A DNA stretch of 64,000 nucleotides from Raja brachyura (Eukaryota). Shown here piece after piece: positions 1 through 11,869 of the stretch (positions are counted from its first letter, which is position 1; every line of letters starts with the position of its first letter). The position numbers and the translations under genes were made by a program. The notes beneath the pieces were generated by a model. That model did no database searches and was not told where the DNA came from. It was given only the letters and a program-made list of their open reading frames with translations. Where the stretch lies: the NCBI GenBank assembly GCA_963514005.1, contig OY740795.1:1-64000 (forward strand), given 5' to 3'.

Positions 1-1250
1 TGATTGTCTGTTAATTATGGAGTTATACGGCCATTAATTGGCACGATGAGCTTCCTCATTGAATTGGCTGTAGCAAACAAGACTCGCTCTGTCGGGTCCA
101 TACCGGTTATCAAGGGGTAGGATATCTTCAACATGGTCCCAGGACCAGTACAATGCCATATGCGATGTTGATATTTGTGAACACTATTTGACCAGGAGGC
201 AGCAACTATATCCTTAAATGTGGCTGGAGTTTATTAGGTAGTTATCCTTCTGGCACTGGTTTAGTGCAGCAGGTTCAGTCGCTAAATAATTGTGATGATA
301 CAAGATGATAATGTCTGTAAATTATAATATATAATATTATGTTATAAATACTTGAGCAGACCAGAAGGGGGTCAGGTCTCAAAATAGTCACAGGCATACC
401 AGGGGACCTTTGATAAGGTAAGCACACATGTGTACAACAATATGTCAAGGTCATCAAGAGCCTTGGAGTTCTGGACTAGCAATGCTGTTAGTCACAAAGA
501 ATTTGGGAGAACGTATTGTTCATGGCATTCCAGATGAGGAAAACGGAGTTGTGTTATGTACTAATGGATTCTGTTTCCAGATCTCATTCCACCAGGGTTG
601 CTACAATATGAGCAGCAAGGGTATTTATGTTCCTCTGGGTCGCATTGTTGCGGCTGGAGCATGGTCCATCGAATGAATCTCCAAACATCTGTAATGACCC
701 ATTGGTGAACCAGGAGTATTTGTTAACTCTATTTATGATCTGGTTATATGTTCCATCTGGGTGAGAGATGGAAATATTATTGTTTCATTTAAACAGCATC
801 AGCATGTTTACATCTATGTTATGACTGTATGCATTAAGAATGTTTTCCCTTCATTTGTCAATTAAGCAGCTGTGGTTGTGTATACTCGTTTCACACGGCA
901 TGAAATCACAGCGCTTTGAAGTCTTCACGTAGTCACTCACGTGATTCCGAAGTAAAATAGTAAGATTAAACGAGAACTTACCAGTTTGAAGTTTGATCTT
1001 TATTTTATGAGGAGTCGAGTTGAGGGACTACGTGGCCTCCGCTCCCAGCCCTCATAAATTTCATCTGGTAGTTCTAGTCTTTATCTTACCATTATACTTC
1101 AGTTATTATTTGTGTGATTTCACACCGTTGCTTTGAAGATTTACGCACGAACGGCTGTACGGGGTTCTTCACGTAGTCCCTCAACTCGACTCCTCATAAA
1201 ATAAAGATCAAACTTCAAACTGGTAAGTTCTCGTTTAATCTTACTATTTT
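1..1250 (+). mobile_element. 3' part of a DIRS1-like retroelement: decayed tyrosine-recombinase remnant, ICR and right terminus
   Basis: 954-1034 and 1170-1250 form a perfect 81-bp inverted repeat. Its core (tagtaagattaaacgagaacttaccagtttgaagtttgatctttattttatgagga) is shared with the termini of the DIRS element at 51526-56863. 1-760 holds stop-ridden YR-like remnants. Confidence 0.8.
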
Positions 1251-1631
1251 GCATTACTGCTCAAATCAGCGGGACCTGTCATCCGTGGTTAGCCAGGGAG
1301 AACCACTCATTTTGCAGCTGACGCGAGAGTCCGTTTCGTTGCCAGGTGAGTGGAGAAGCAAGTATTTATTTTTAGTTTATTGGGGAAGGAGCCAAAGTTA
1401 AAAATGCTTGAAAAATTCATCGGCCCGGTCAACAGCTAAGGAATAATTTGACGTGCAATTGTAACTGGGAGTTTGCTTCCATCTGGTGGAATAGGTCGTG
1501 TGTTCGACCCGACAATATCTGGAAACAGCACCGAGGATGTTCACCATCAAGAACAAACATTCACACCCACTCAAACCAAAAACAAACGCACATGCTGAAT
1601 TAACTCAGTGGGTCAGACAGTAATTCTGAAA

Positions 1632-3360
1632 GAAAATAGACAATAGACAATAGGTGCAAGGGTAGGCCATTCGGCTCTTTGAGCAACGCACCGGCATTCA
1701 CTGTGGTCATGGCTGATCACCCACAATCAGCTCATTCTTTGCCTTCTCCCTATATCCCTTAACCCCGCTATCTTTAAGAGCGATATGTAACACTTTCTTG
1801 AAAGCATCCAGATAATCGTCCTCCACTGCATTCTGCGGCAGTGAATTCCACAGATTCACAACTCTCTGGGTGAAAAATGTACCCTCATCTTTCTAAATGG
1901 CCGACCTAATATTCTTAACTGTTGCCCCTGGTTCTGCACGCCCCGACATCTGGAACATGTCTCTAGCGTGTCGAATAGCTTATTAACCTTATGTGTTTCA
2001 ATAACATCCCATCTCATCCTTCTAAATTTCGATGTATGCAAGCCCAGTCGCTTTATTCTTTCAACATATGACAATCCAGCCATCCCGGGAATTAACGTCG
2101 TGAACCTACGCTAAACTCACGCAATGGCAAGAATGTCCTTCCTCAAATTTACAGACCAAAACTGCACACAATACTCCAGGTGCAGTCTTACCAGGGCCCT
2201 GCATAACTGCAGAAGGACCTCTTTGCTCCTATACTCAACACTTCTGGTTATGAAGGCCAACACGCCATTAGCTTTATTCACTGCGTGCTGCACCGGCATG
2301 CTTACTTTCAGTAACTGATGCACAAGGACACCGAGATGTAGTTGTACTTCCCCTTTTCCAGAATTGATGTAATTCAGATAATAATCTGCCTTCCTGTTCT
2401 TGCCAGCAAAGTGGATAACCCCAAATTTATGCACATGAAACTGCATCTACCATACATCTGCCCACTCACCCAACTTATCCCAGTTACCCTGCATCCTCAT
2501 AGCATCCTGCTCACAATTCACATTGCCACCCAACGTTGTGTCATTCGCAAATTTGCTCATGTTATTTTTAATCCCTTCATCTAAATCTTGAATGTATATT
2601 GTAAATACCTGCGATCCCAGCACCGAGCCTTGTGGTACCCCACTAGCGCATGCCATTTTGAAAGGGACCCGTTAATCCCTACTCATCGTTTCCTGTCTGT
2701 CAACCTTCTTTTTCTATCCATGTCAGTACCCTACCCTCAATACCATCTATGCTAATCGTGCCCACTAATCTCCCATGTGGGACCTTATCAAAGGTTTTCT
2801 GAAAGTCCAGATACACTACATCCACCGGCTCTCCCTTGTCCATTTTACTAGTTACACCCTCAAAAGAATCCATAAGATTATCCAAGCATGATTACCCCTT
2901 CGTAAATCCGTGCTGACTCGGACCGGTCCTGTTAGTGCTATCCAAATGTGCGGCTGTTCCATCTATTATAATTGACTCCCGCATCTTCCTCATCACCGGT
3001 GTCAGGCTAACTGGTCTATGATTCCATGTTTTCTCTCTCTCTGTCCTTTCTTTACAAAGTGGGATAACATGAGCTACCCTCCAATCCACAGGAACTGATC
3101 CTGAATCGAAAGAACATTGGAAATTGATGACCAATGCGTCCACGATTTCTGGAGCCACCTCCTTATGTACTCTGGGATGCAGACTGTCAGACCCTGGGAA
3201 TTTATTAGCCTTCAGTCCCATCACTCTACCCAACATAATTTCCTGCTTCATGTGAATTTCCCTCAGTTCATCCGTCAGCCTCGGTCCTCTGGCCACCAGT
3301 GCATCTGCGAGATTTTTTATGTCTTCCTTAGTGAAGACAGATCCATAGTACCTGTTCAAC
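1632..3360 (-). mobile_element. CR1-clade LINE, 5'-truncated and degenerate
   Basis: Broken RT ORFs (VPQGSVLG, SKFANDT, LYRALVR/LEYCVQFWS-like); (TAGACAA)n 3' tail near 1637-1652. Confidence 0.9.
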
Positions 3361-4003
3361 GTAGATAGGCAACCTTTACGATCCCGAGGAGAGTCCCGAC
3401 CAAAACGTCGCATATCCATGTACTCCAGAGAGGGCTTAATAAACCAACAATTGCAGTTCTCGTCTGTCTTCTCCCACCCACGAAATCGGCACGCAATCCT
3501 TTAATGAATATTATTGTCTGATAGAAACATATTCTCACTTTGCAGGAATGAACTGCAAATTATCGTGCGCCTGAATTAGTTTGATGGTGGTGCATGCCAA
3601 CATAAAATTACATTCCATAATTCGCTGACAGGGACGATTATCGCTTAGTTTCGATTCCAAAACGGAGGCTGGTATACGCAGGATCGGTGAGAACACCTCC
3701 TTCTTTTCCCGTCTTCCCTCAGCCAACCAGTTTGCCAACTTCCGTTCACCGCCGAGTGCCGCTACCTTCTACCTGACCTTGCACGCGCTCTCCGGTCGGC
3801 AGAGTGTTCACTATTGCGGCCATACCACCCATAGTTCACGTTTGGTTCTCTTGAGTTGCGCAAATCTAGTGATTGGAGAATTGTGGTCGTCAATTGCCGC
3901 TTGTGATCGGTTGACTCGGCGCGATGGTGGGGGTGGATGGCCGTATCACTTTTCCGATATAGTGTTCTCCGGCTGGAGAGACGCAGACACAGGACTCATC
4001 ACC

Positions 4004-4477
4004 ACGAAGGAATGCTTGGCTTCGCTCCTCATCATTATATCACTTATCGGTAAGACTTTCACATCCAGCAATATTCCAGACTTAACTAAATCTATGTAAT
4101 CCTGAAATTTACATTTATAGAATGACGGTGATTGGATTGATAGAGGTCACGCTGGTGACGGTCCTCTTAATTTCCGTAAGAATATAGCTGCCAAGACACA
4201 GTGCAGCAGCGAATCGTTGAGACGTTTTTCCAAGAGGAAAATACTATCAAATTAAACTGCACCTTGAAAACAAACACAACAATGTCTTCGGGTACAGACA
4301 GCGACCCAGCATATCTCCGCAGTATGTGCTTCGTATTATTGCAAGACAACTGAGCATAAATATTGACCTCTCCGATCGGGTTACTGCTACATACGATAAC
4401 ACGAAGAAGTACACCTAGCTGACGATCCACGAGGCCGCGATCTCCGACTCCGCTTTTTATCTCTGTGCCATGAATCC
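4004..4477 (+). pseudogene. TRAV: TCR alpha/delta-type V pseudogene (leader 4004-4049, V exon 4181-4477)
   Basis: Leader (ACG)KECLASLLIIISLI-G|GTAAG has lost its ATG. V exon reads YSCQDTVQQ..KLNCTLKT, then a frameshift, VFGYRQRP (W>G), an internal TAG and DSAFYLCAMNP. The RSS spacer is deleted (caccaaa directly followed by gcaaaaatc). Same family as the V at 29834-30310. Confidence 0.85.
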
Positions 4478-4589
4478 CACCAAAGCAAAAATCCCACCCT
4501 TCGAATTCCCGTTAACATTCGCCAGGGGGGAGATATCGCACTAGGGAGACTTTATAAAGAAGGGAGTTAAAGTTTATCGTTAAATTAAT

Positions 4590-5010
4590 CTCCACAATCT
4601 GCACTGATCCTTGTCCCGCCATTCCCTGCGTATCCAGGTGCCTATATAAAATCATTTTAGTTTATTATCATACCTGCCTCCAACACCAACCCTAGCAACG
4701 CGTTCCAGGCAGCCACATTTCCCCTTCCAAAACATTCCTTTACATTTTTTCTACTTACCTTAAAGTAATACATTCTTGTCTTTAATATTTCCATCCTGGA
4801 GAAAATGTTTCTGACTGTTGACCCTCTCTATTGCTCCCATAATTTTATATAATTCTATCGGATTTCGCCTCAGCCTCCGACACTTCCCGAGTTGCCATCC
4901 AAGGTATGTTCCATAGCCAATGGCCTCTAATGCAAGGAACATTCTTTTAAGCCTGATCTGCACCCTTATGAATCCAACACTTTTTTTTTCTTGTAACTGG
5001 ATAACAGATA
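4590..5010 (-). mobile_element. CR1 LINE 3' fragment
   Basis: RRLRRNPIELYKIMGAIERVN resembles the CR1 ORF2 C-terminus. Confidence 0.65.
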
Positions 5011-6386
5011 CTGCATACTACGTCTATCTACGGGAAATACTCATACATATGTGAGATTTTCAGCCGCTGTATTCCCTGCCAAAACGCTCTGCCTTAGTTT
5101 GCAGCTCTATCTATTTTAATTAAATAAGTAAATAAGTAAGTATGCAAGTAAGTAAGTTTATTGGCCAAGTATTCACATACAGGAATTTGCCTTGGTGCTC
5201 CGCCCACAAGTAACAGCGTGACGTCTAGTGACAGTTGCGAATGACTTAGAAAACACTAAACATTAATAATAATAAAACATTAATGATAAAACACCATTGA
5301 TCAAGCAAGTGGACCAATTTAAGTCAATATTCATCGTAAAAAAAAACGATGTTATTGTAATCAATTTGAATTACCCGAAACATCCGCAGGGTCAGGGAGG
5401 GATAGATATATAAAATGAGCGAAGGAAAGGACGCCAAGTAGTTTTCCCGTCGGTGCGGCAAACATCACGGAGGATTATAGATTCTGATGAGATTATTTAC
5501 AACTAATCACCACTGACGTTAAGATCAGTATCCGAGAAATCATAAATATAAATAATGATCGAATCGACGGCAGGGAGTAAATTATTTCCAAGTAGTTTAC
5601 TATCGAAAACTCAATTCCCGAAATAGCTCTATATATTTTTTTTCTTGAGGGAGCTGTATTTTTGGAAATAGGTCAGGAAAGGGCGACTTGGGAACGGGAA
5701 CCGACGGCATGAGCTTATTTTGTAGTTGTATTACCTGTAGTCAACATAGACTGTGGCCCATTTAAACGATGCGCCCGTTCGCTGCACGAAACTAAGAAGC
5801 CAACCAATGGAACAACTGGTAAAATACCAACACCCGACTCCGCCGTGCACTGCCGTGCGATGAACTCCAGGGTGCAGCGCAATATAATTGATACAAAGTA
5901 GACCAACAGATCGCGCTAGCCAGAATCTTTGAAACAAACCATTCCTTTTTCATAACTAATGGTTCACTCCCTCACTCTCCCGCACTATATCATACAACCG
6001 CCATCTCATTACAACCTTGCTTCGCCTTTACTCTATCTTTTTCGAAGCATTCTTATCATTCTACCATGATATTAAACTGAACCAATCAACGAGATATCCT
6101 CTCATGGGATGTAATTTGGAGAGCGCCCTTACATACCGAATGTCACCTCTGACTCTCCTATGCTGCAGCATTCTTCGCCCCACAAACTACTTGTGTCTAG
6201 TTGCCCTTGTCCCCTTGCGAATTGTGTCTTAAGTGTTTTACCTAACTGTAATGGTGGAAAAGAACACAGTGGAAGACATGGGTCGGACGCAGGTTTAACT
6301 ATTATCTGTCATTAATAACTGTGGGAGTTGTGGTAAATAAGTATAAATTGATTCGATACAATGTTCACCGCAGTGGAATCCTTTTG

Positions 6387-6414
6387 ATTGGTGTTCTGCA
6401 CGGAAATGACATCA
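6387..6414 (+). promoter_or_regulatory. V-gene promoter module: inverted CCAAT plus Ets/CRE
   Basis: ATTGGTGTTCTGCACGGAAATGACATCA about 120 bp upstream of the leader ATG at 6535; near-identical to 18671-18697. Confidence 0.7.
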
Positions 6415-6534
6415 GTCCAGCCTCAGACAATGTGCCCAGCTATTTGTACTTCTTATTGCATTAACAGTTGTGCATGCGAGATTATCTATTCGAATCTGAC
6501 GCTCAAACTATCACAGTATCCGCGAGCAGCTAAA

Positions 6535-9500
6535 ATGCAAGTATTTGCACCCGTTACATTGGTTGCAATGATTCTCGGTAAGAAAATTAAATATTTCTTT
6601 ATGAAGTAGGTTTATCGTCAAAAAGAAGACATTAAGATCTCAGATGCCCCGTTAATCATTTCTAGAACTATACTGTCCGCCTTTCAACCGCCATTTCTGC
6701 AACTTAAAAAGGGCTTGATTCGTTTTCCCTGTTCTGATGAAGCATTGTGAATCGGAAACATTAAACGTTTTTTTTTTGTCCACGGATGCTGGCTGACCTG
6801 GTCAGTGTTAGGGGATTTCCTGTTATTAGGTTAGATATTTGCCAGGGCAACGGAGCTATTGGAGGGTAGAATTAGGACTTCTAAAATACATTTGGTCAGA
6901 TATATGGATGAGAATTCTTTGGAGAACTATGAACTAAATACATGCAATTGAAAACATCTCAATTCGCCAAATGGATAAGAATTGACAAGAAGGCCGAATG
7001 GTCTGTTTCCGTTCCGCTCAGATCCATGACTCAATGATTTATGGTCCAAATTTGCAACTTTGGGACAAAGCCTAGTGCACGATTCGATACCACTAACCAA
7101 CGAGGAAATTAAATGTTTAACACATTAAGATTTTTTTGACAATAACCTAAGATGTATCCGAATACATTGTGGGAAACAAGGGAGGTGTTTTTTGTTTAGA
7201 TTTACGAGTCGTCTTCAAATGCTGGAGAGATTCCGGTAGACTGATGGGTGACAATTGTTGTGATTCTATTCATTAAGGGCTGCAGGGTATGTGCTGGCAA
7301 CTGTAGGACAGTGCGCTTAACATATTTAGTTGGAAAATTACTCGAGAGAATGATGATGGATAGGATATACAGGCATTTAGACGGATGAGGACTGATTAGG
7401 GATAGTCAGCATGGGTTTGTACGTGCGAAGTCGTGTTTCACAAATCTGTTTGTGTTTTATGGAAGACGTAATCAAAAAGGTCGATGAGCGCAAAGCTGCA
7501 GATATTGTATATATGACCTTCTGCTAAGCATTGGACAGGTAGGCTACTCTGGAAGATGAGATCGCATGGGATCCAAGGAGAGACAGCTGAATGGAAAGAA
7601 AAGTGGCTTCATGGAAGGCAGCAGAGGGTGATATCGCACGGAGGCTTCTCGGACTGGATGCCTGTGACTAGTGGTGTGCCTCAGGTTTCGGTGCTCGGCC
7701 CGTTACTGTTTCTCATCTATGTCAATGATTTGGATGAGAACATACACGGCATGATTCGCAGGTCTGCTGATAATACATAAATGGGTGGTTTTAGATACAG
7801 TGAAATCGGTATGCAAATTTGCAACAGGATCTTGAACGAATAGCCAGGTAGGCTGAGGAATGATTGATGGAATTTAGTAAGAGAAATGTGACGTGTTGCA
7901 TTTTGGGAAGTCGAACGTGCGGGTCCTGCTCAATGAATGCTAGGGATCCAGAGAATGGTTTGGAGCAGATGGGTCTTGGAGTACAGGTGCGTAGTTTATT
8001 GAATGTGGAGTCGCACAACGCGTGTGGCACATTGCCCTTCATCAGTCAGAGTATTGAGTATAGAAGTTGGGAGTTCGTGTTGCAGTTGTAAAATACGTTG
8101 TCGAGGCCGCACATAGAGTATTGAGTTCAGTGCTGAGCAACATGTTGTAGGAAAGATGTTGTCAAGCTGAAAGGGGTACAGAGAAGATTGACGAAGATGT
8201 TTCCAGGATAAAGTGTCTGAGCTCTCGGGGGAGATTGAGTATGCTGGGACTCCGTTGTTTGGAGCGCAATAGAATGAGGGCTGATATTATTGAGCTGCGT
8301 AAAATCATAAAAGGAATAGATAAGGTAGATACAGAGAGTCTCTTGCCCAGAGTAGGTGAATCGTGGGCCATGAGATTGTGCCACTAGAAAGAATGGGGTA
8401 TTATTCTCCAGTAAGCAAACAGCTAATCAAGGTGATGCACAGAGAAAAAAACATCCAGCTTAGTAACAATTTACCAGCATGCTGCATGGATTAACAATAA
8501 GGAGAAATTGAAAAAAAAAACTTGCAATGTTTTCTCGGGAATGTTGGAAGCTGGAGACCTGATACCAGCGCATCAAATTACGATGCGCATAGCCTGTCGG
8601 AACATGTTTCCCAGGGTGGAAATCTCGAGAATAAGAGGGGGTAGCTTTAAGGTCAGAGGGAGGAAGTTTAACGGAGTGGTGTAGGGCAGGTATTTTTTTA
8701 CACGGAGTGTGCTGTGTACATGAGACAGCCGTGGTCGAGCCGTATAAGATAGTGGCATTGAAAGATTTACGGAGAGGCACATGGCTAGGCAGGGAACGGT
8801 ACAAGCTGGTAAAGCAGATTTGCTTATCTACGTCATCCTTGGAATGGATATTGTGCGCTGAATGACCTATTTATGTGCTACACTCTTCTCTGTTCTGTGT
8901 TCTAATTACAGCTTATCGTTATACATGTCACATAATCCAGCGGGACATAGAGGAGAACAATATTACGTGGAATGCTTAGTTCTTTTGTAGTGTTACGAAC
9001 TCATGCAAATAGTGTAGCAGGGACAGTATGAATAGGTGGTCACTTCGCGCGAAATTTAGGGATGTAAGTTGTGTATGTCAAAGGGAGGTGTGGAGACATG
9101 TCCTGGGATTTATGCACGCGCAATCCTATTTACCCATGAATCACAATTCTCCTCTGTAATTTTTGTTGAATTTAGTTTTGAGACACAGCGCGGATACAGG
9201 CCATTCGGCCCAACGAGTTCGCACCGACTAACCATCCCCGCACATTAATACCATCCTACCCTAGGGACATTTTTATTTATGTTTTCTACCAAGACAATTA
9301 ACCTACAAATCTGTGCGTCTTAGAGTGTGGATGGAAACGGAAGTTCTCGGAGAAACTCCACGCAGGACACGGGAATATCGTACAAACTCCGGACAGACAA
9401 GCACCCGTAACCAGGATCGAACCCAGGTCTCTGGCGCTATAAGTGCTTTAAGGCAGCAACTCTACCGCTGCACCACTGTCCCGCCCAATATTTAACCCAC

Positions 9501-9888
9501 TGTTATTGCCCGCTTCAAATACTGCCAGCACTATTTAAGTTCAAACTAATGTTCCATGTCACGAATTATTTAACTGTGTTCCAGGTCAGAGCAATGGAAA
9601 CGTTGTGTCTCAGCGGGATCTCACACTGACAAGGGCAGAAGGAGAAACTGCAACTTTAGTCTGCACATACACCGGCGATATTTCTTACTTATTCTGGTAC
9701 CGCCAGTACCCAAGCAAGCAACCGGAAGCTGCGGTCGGCCGTTTCACCGAAGCCAATTTAGATTTCAAGGCAGAATTCGCTTGGACTCGCTTTTCTGATT
9801 CCGTTCAGCGTTCAAGCAAAATGCATCATTTGGCGATCTCGAATTTGCAGCTGTTTGACACGGCGGTATATCATTGTGCAGTGAGGCT
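6535..9888 (+). CDS. TRAV: TCR alpha/delta-type V gene, apparently intact (leader 6535-6577, V exon 9585-9888)
   Basis: Leader [15 protein letters not shown]|GTAAG (phase 1) splices in frame to ttccag|GT CAG AGC. V domain has LVCTY, WYRQYP and [11 protein letters not shown], followed by a 23-RSS. Confidence 0.88.
6840..8905 (+). mobile_element. CR1 LINE fragments inside the V leader intron
   Basis: [24 protein letters not shown] and SQSIEYRSW motifs, with many stops and frameshifts. Confidence 0.85.
9170..9485 (-). mobile_element. tRNA-derived SINE (elasmobranch HE1/V-SINE type)
   Basis: Reverse complement begins ggcgggacagtggtgcagcggtagagttgctgcc and contains gggttcgatcctg; CR1-like tail ending in (CTAAA). 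Confidence 0.75.
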
Positions 9889-9927
9889 CACAGTAATGGG
9901 AGTGGGCTGGGGGATCGTACAATAACT
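9889..9927 (+). promoter_or_regulatory. Recombination signal sequence, 23-bp spacer
   Basis: CACAGTA + 23 nt + ACAATAACT directly after the CAVRL codons. Confidence 0.9.
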
Positions 9928-11079
9928 TCCGGGGGTTTCCAATACAAGCAACATGTGCGCTGCTCACAACAGAGGCCTAGACACTCACGTAGGGACATTA
10001 CAATATTGTACTTGATAAGTGGAATAACGGAAACGGCCAAATAGTGTATTTGTCGCTATTGAGAAGGCTTCCATTATGGGCATGGAAATTAACATTATCA
10101 ACATTTAATGGCGGCCACATTCCGGATAAGGAAAGCGGCTGCTGAAAAGGAAACGACTGGCTGTGCTATTTCTGCACAAGACAGCGGAATTAGCACATCG
10201 GGAGATTTCAAAGAGCTAAAAGCGATTGTGTCGAAAAATAGAGATGATGGGGAAGGAAAGATGGATATACAACTTCCGTTGTAAACTAATAGAAACTAAT
10301 CATAAATGCACCTTGTTGGTTCGATGGTTTGCTATATTGATCCACCGGGTGGCGCCAGCCTGGCTGCCTCGCGCACAGTCTGTCTGTCCTTCCTTTCCTT
10401 TGTGTTTTATAGTATGTGTTTCTATGTTTTAGTGTTATTTAGCCTATTTTATGTGGGTGGTGCGTGGATGGGGGGGGGGGGGGGGGGAGGGGGTGGTTGG
10501 AGGAAACATCGGCTACCCCGACCGCGGGAGAATATGGAGCAAGAACTTTGGACTTTTTTGCCTTCCATCACAGTGAGAAATGTGGCGGGTCCGCTGTCGT
10601 GGACTTTTATGTTAACTTTTATGTAATTGTGTTTCCAATTGCTTTTCTTCGTATGGCTTTCTGGTAATTTGCATATTACTGTACCTTAATTGGTACATGC
10701 GACACTAAAAGACCTTTGAAATCTTTGAAACATTTGAATTAAACTTACAGGGCTGCACTGAATTATTCCATAAATATTAGACATAGGAACTGGTCTCGGT
10801 CCATGTTGCTCCGGGACACTACTGAACCGACATTCAATGCTGCTTGGGCCGTTATTGGTCCCACCTTCACTTTCCTGCCCATTACCTCTAAATGTTCAAT
10901 GACATTTAGTCGAAAAGTCTGGGTCAAAATGTGCCGTCAACAAGAAATTGCGAAGAATGGCTCAAAAACAACATAAAAACGCTGATAGTTCATATGTCTG
11001 AAACAAGTGGCAATGTCTCTCCCCACTGAAGCAGTCCATGCAGCCTAACATAAAATACTCCACGAGATGTGCCGTGAAG

Positions 11080-11365
11080 CCGGCACGGTGGCGCAGCGGT
11101 AGAGTTGCTGCCTTGCAGCGCAAGAGCCCTGACGAAGTATGCTGTCTGTACGGAATGTGGACGCTCACCCCGAGGCGTGCGTGGGTTTCCATTCGATCTC
11201 TTCAGTTTCGTCCCACACTTCAAAGACGTACAGGTTTGTAGTTTAATTTGCTTGCTATAAATCTAAGTTGTCCTTAGGATGTGTAGGATAGTTTTAATGT
11301 GCGAGGGACGCTGTTCGGTATGGACTCGTTGGGCCAAAAAGCCTGCTTCCTCAAAACTAAACTAA
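11080..11365 (+). mobile_element. tRNA-derived SINE (HE1/V-SINE type)
   Basis: Head ggcacggtggcgcagcggtagagttgctgcc; tail aaactaaactaa. Confidence 0.75.
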
Positions 11366-11869
11366 CGCGTCAGATCCCACGGCATTCTGCTTAATATTAT
11401 GATGATTACTACCATCACCCAGGTGCAGTGAAACCCAAATAATCCAGAAAATTCTGGGGGAGAGGGAAGTTAAATAACTTGCAGCACAATTGGGCGGCGG
11501 TCGAGTTTCTGCCCTAGAGCGCTCAAACCTCCAGTGACCGGGTTCGATCCCGACTACTGTAGGGAGTTTCTACGTCTGAACAATGGTGAACAAATTAAAT
11601 ATATTTATGAACAACCTCCTTCTCCTGTCAGCTTTGCTACCCGATTGCTAACCCCTGTTGAATAGATGGCCATTTCCAACCTCTGTTAAAGTGGGTGATC
11701 GTATCATTCGTACAAGAGTAGAGTGCCGAAGACAAGAGGTGAGAGATAATTGTGGAAAGGGAAATTTTGTAAAATGCACCAGAGGACAACCTTTGCAGCA
11801 GCGGACTATTCGTTCATGGAACCAGCTCACACTGGTTGCTGGGCGAACTAGAGCAACTACGACCTTTAA

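Noticed and set aside
6265-6303. CACAGTG + 23 nt as an orphan RSS (also 60070)
   Set aside because: No nonamer match and no YYC-coding sequence upstream.
9114-9160. atgcacgcgc resembling GPCR exon 1
   Set aside because: Similarity stops after three codons and no exon 2 follows.
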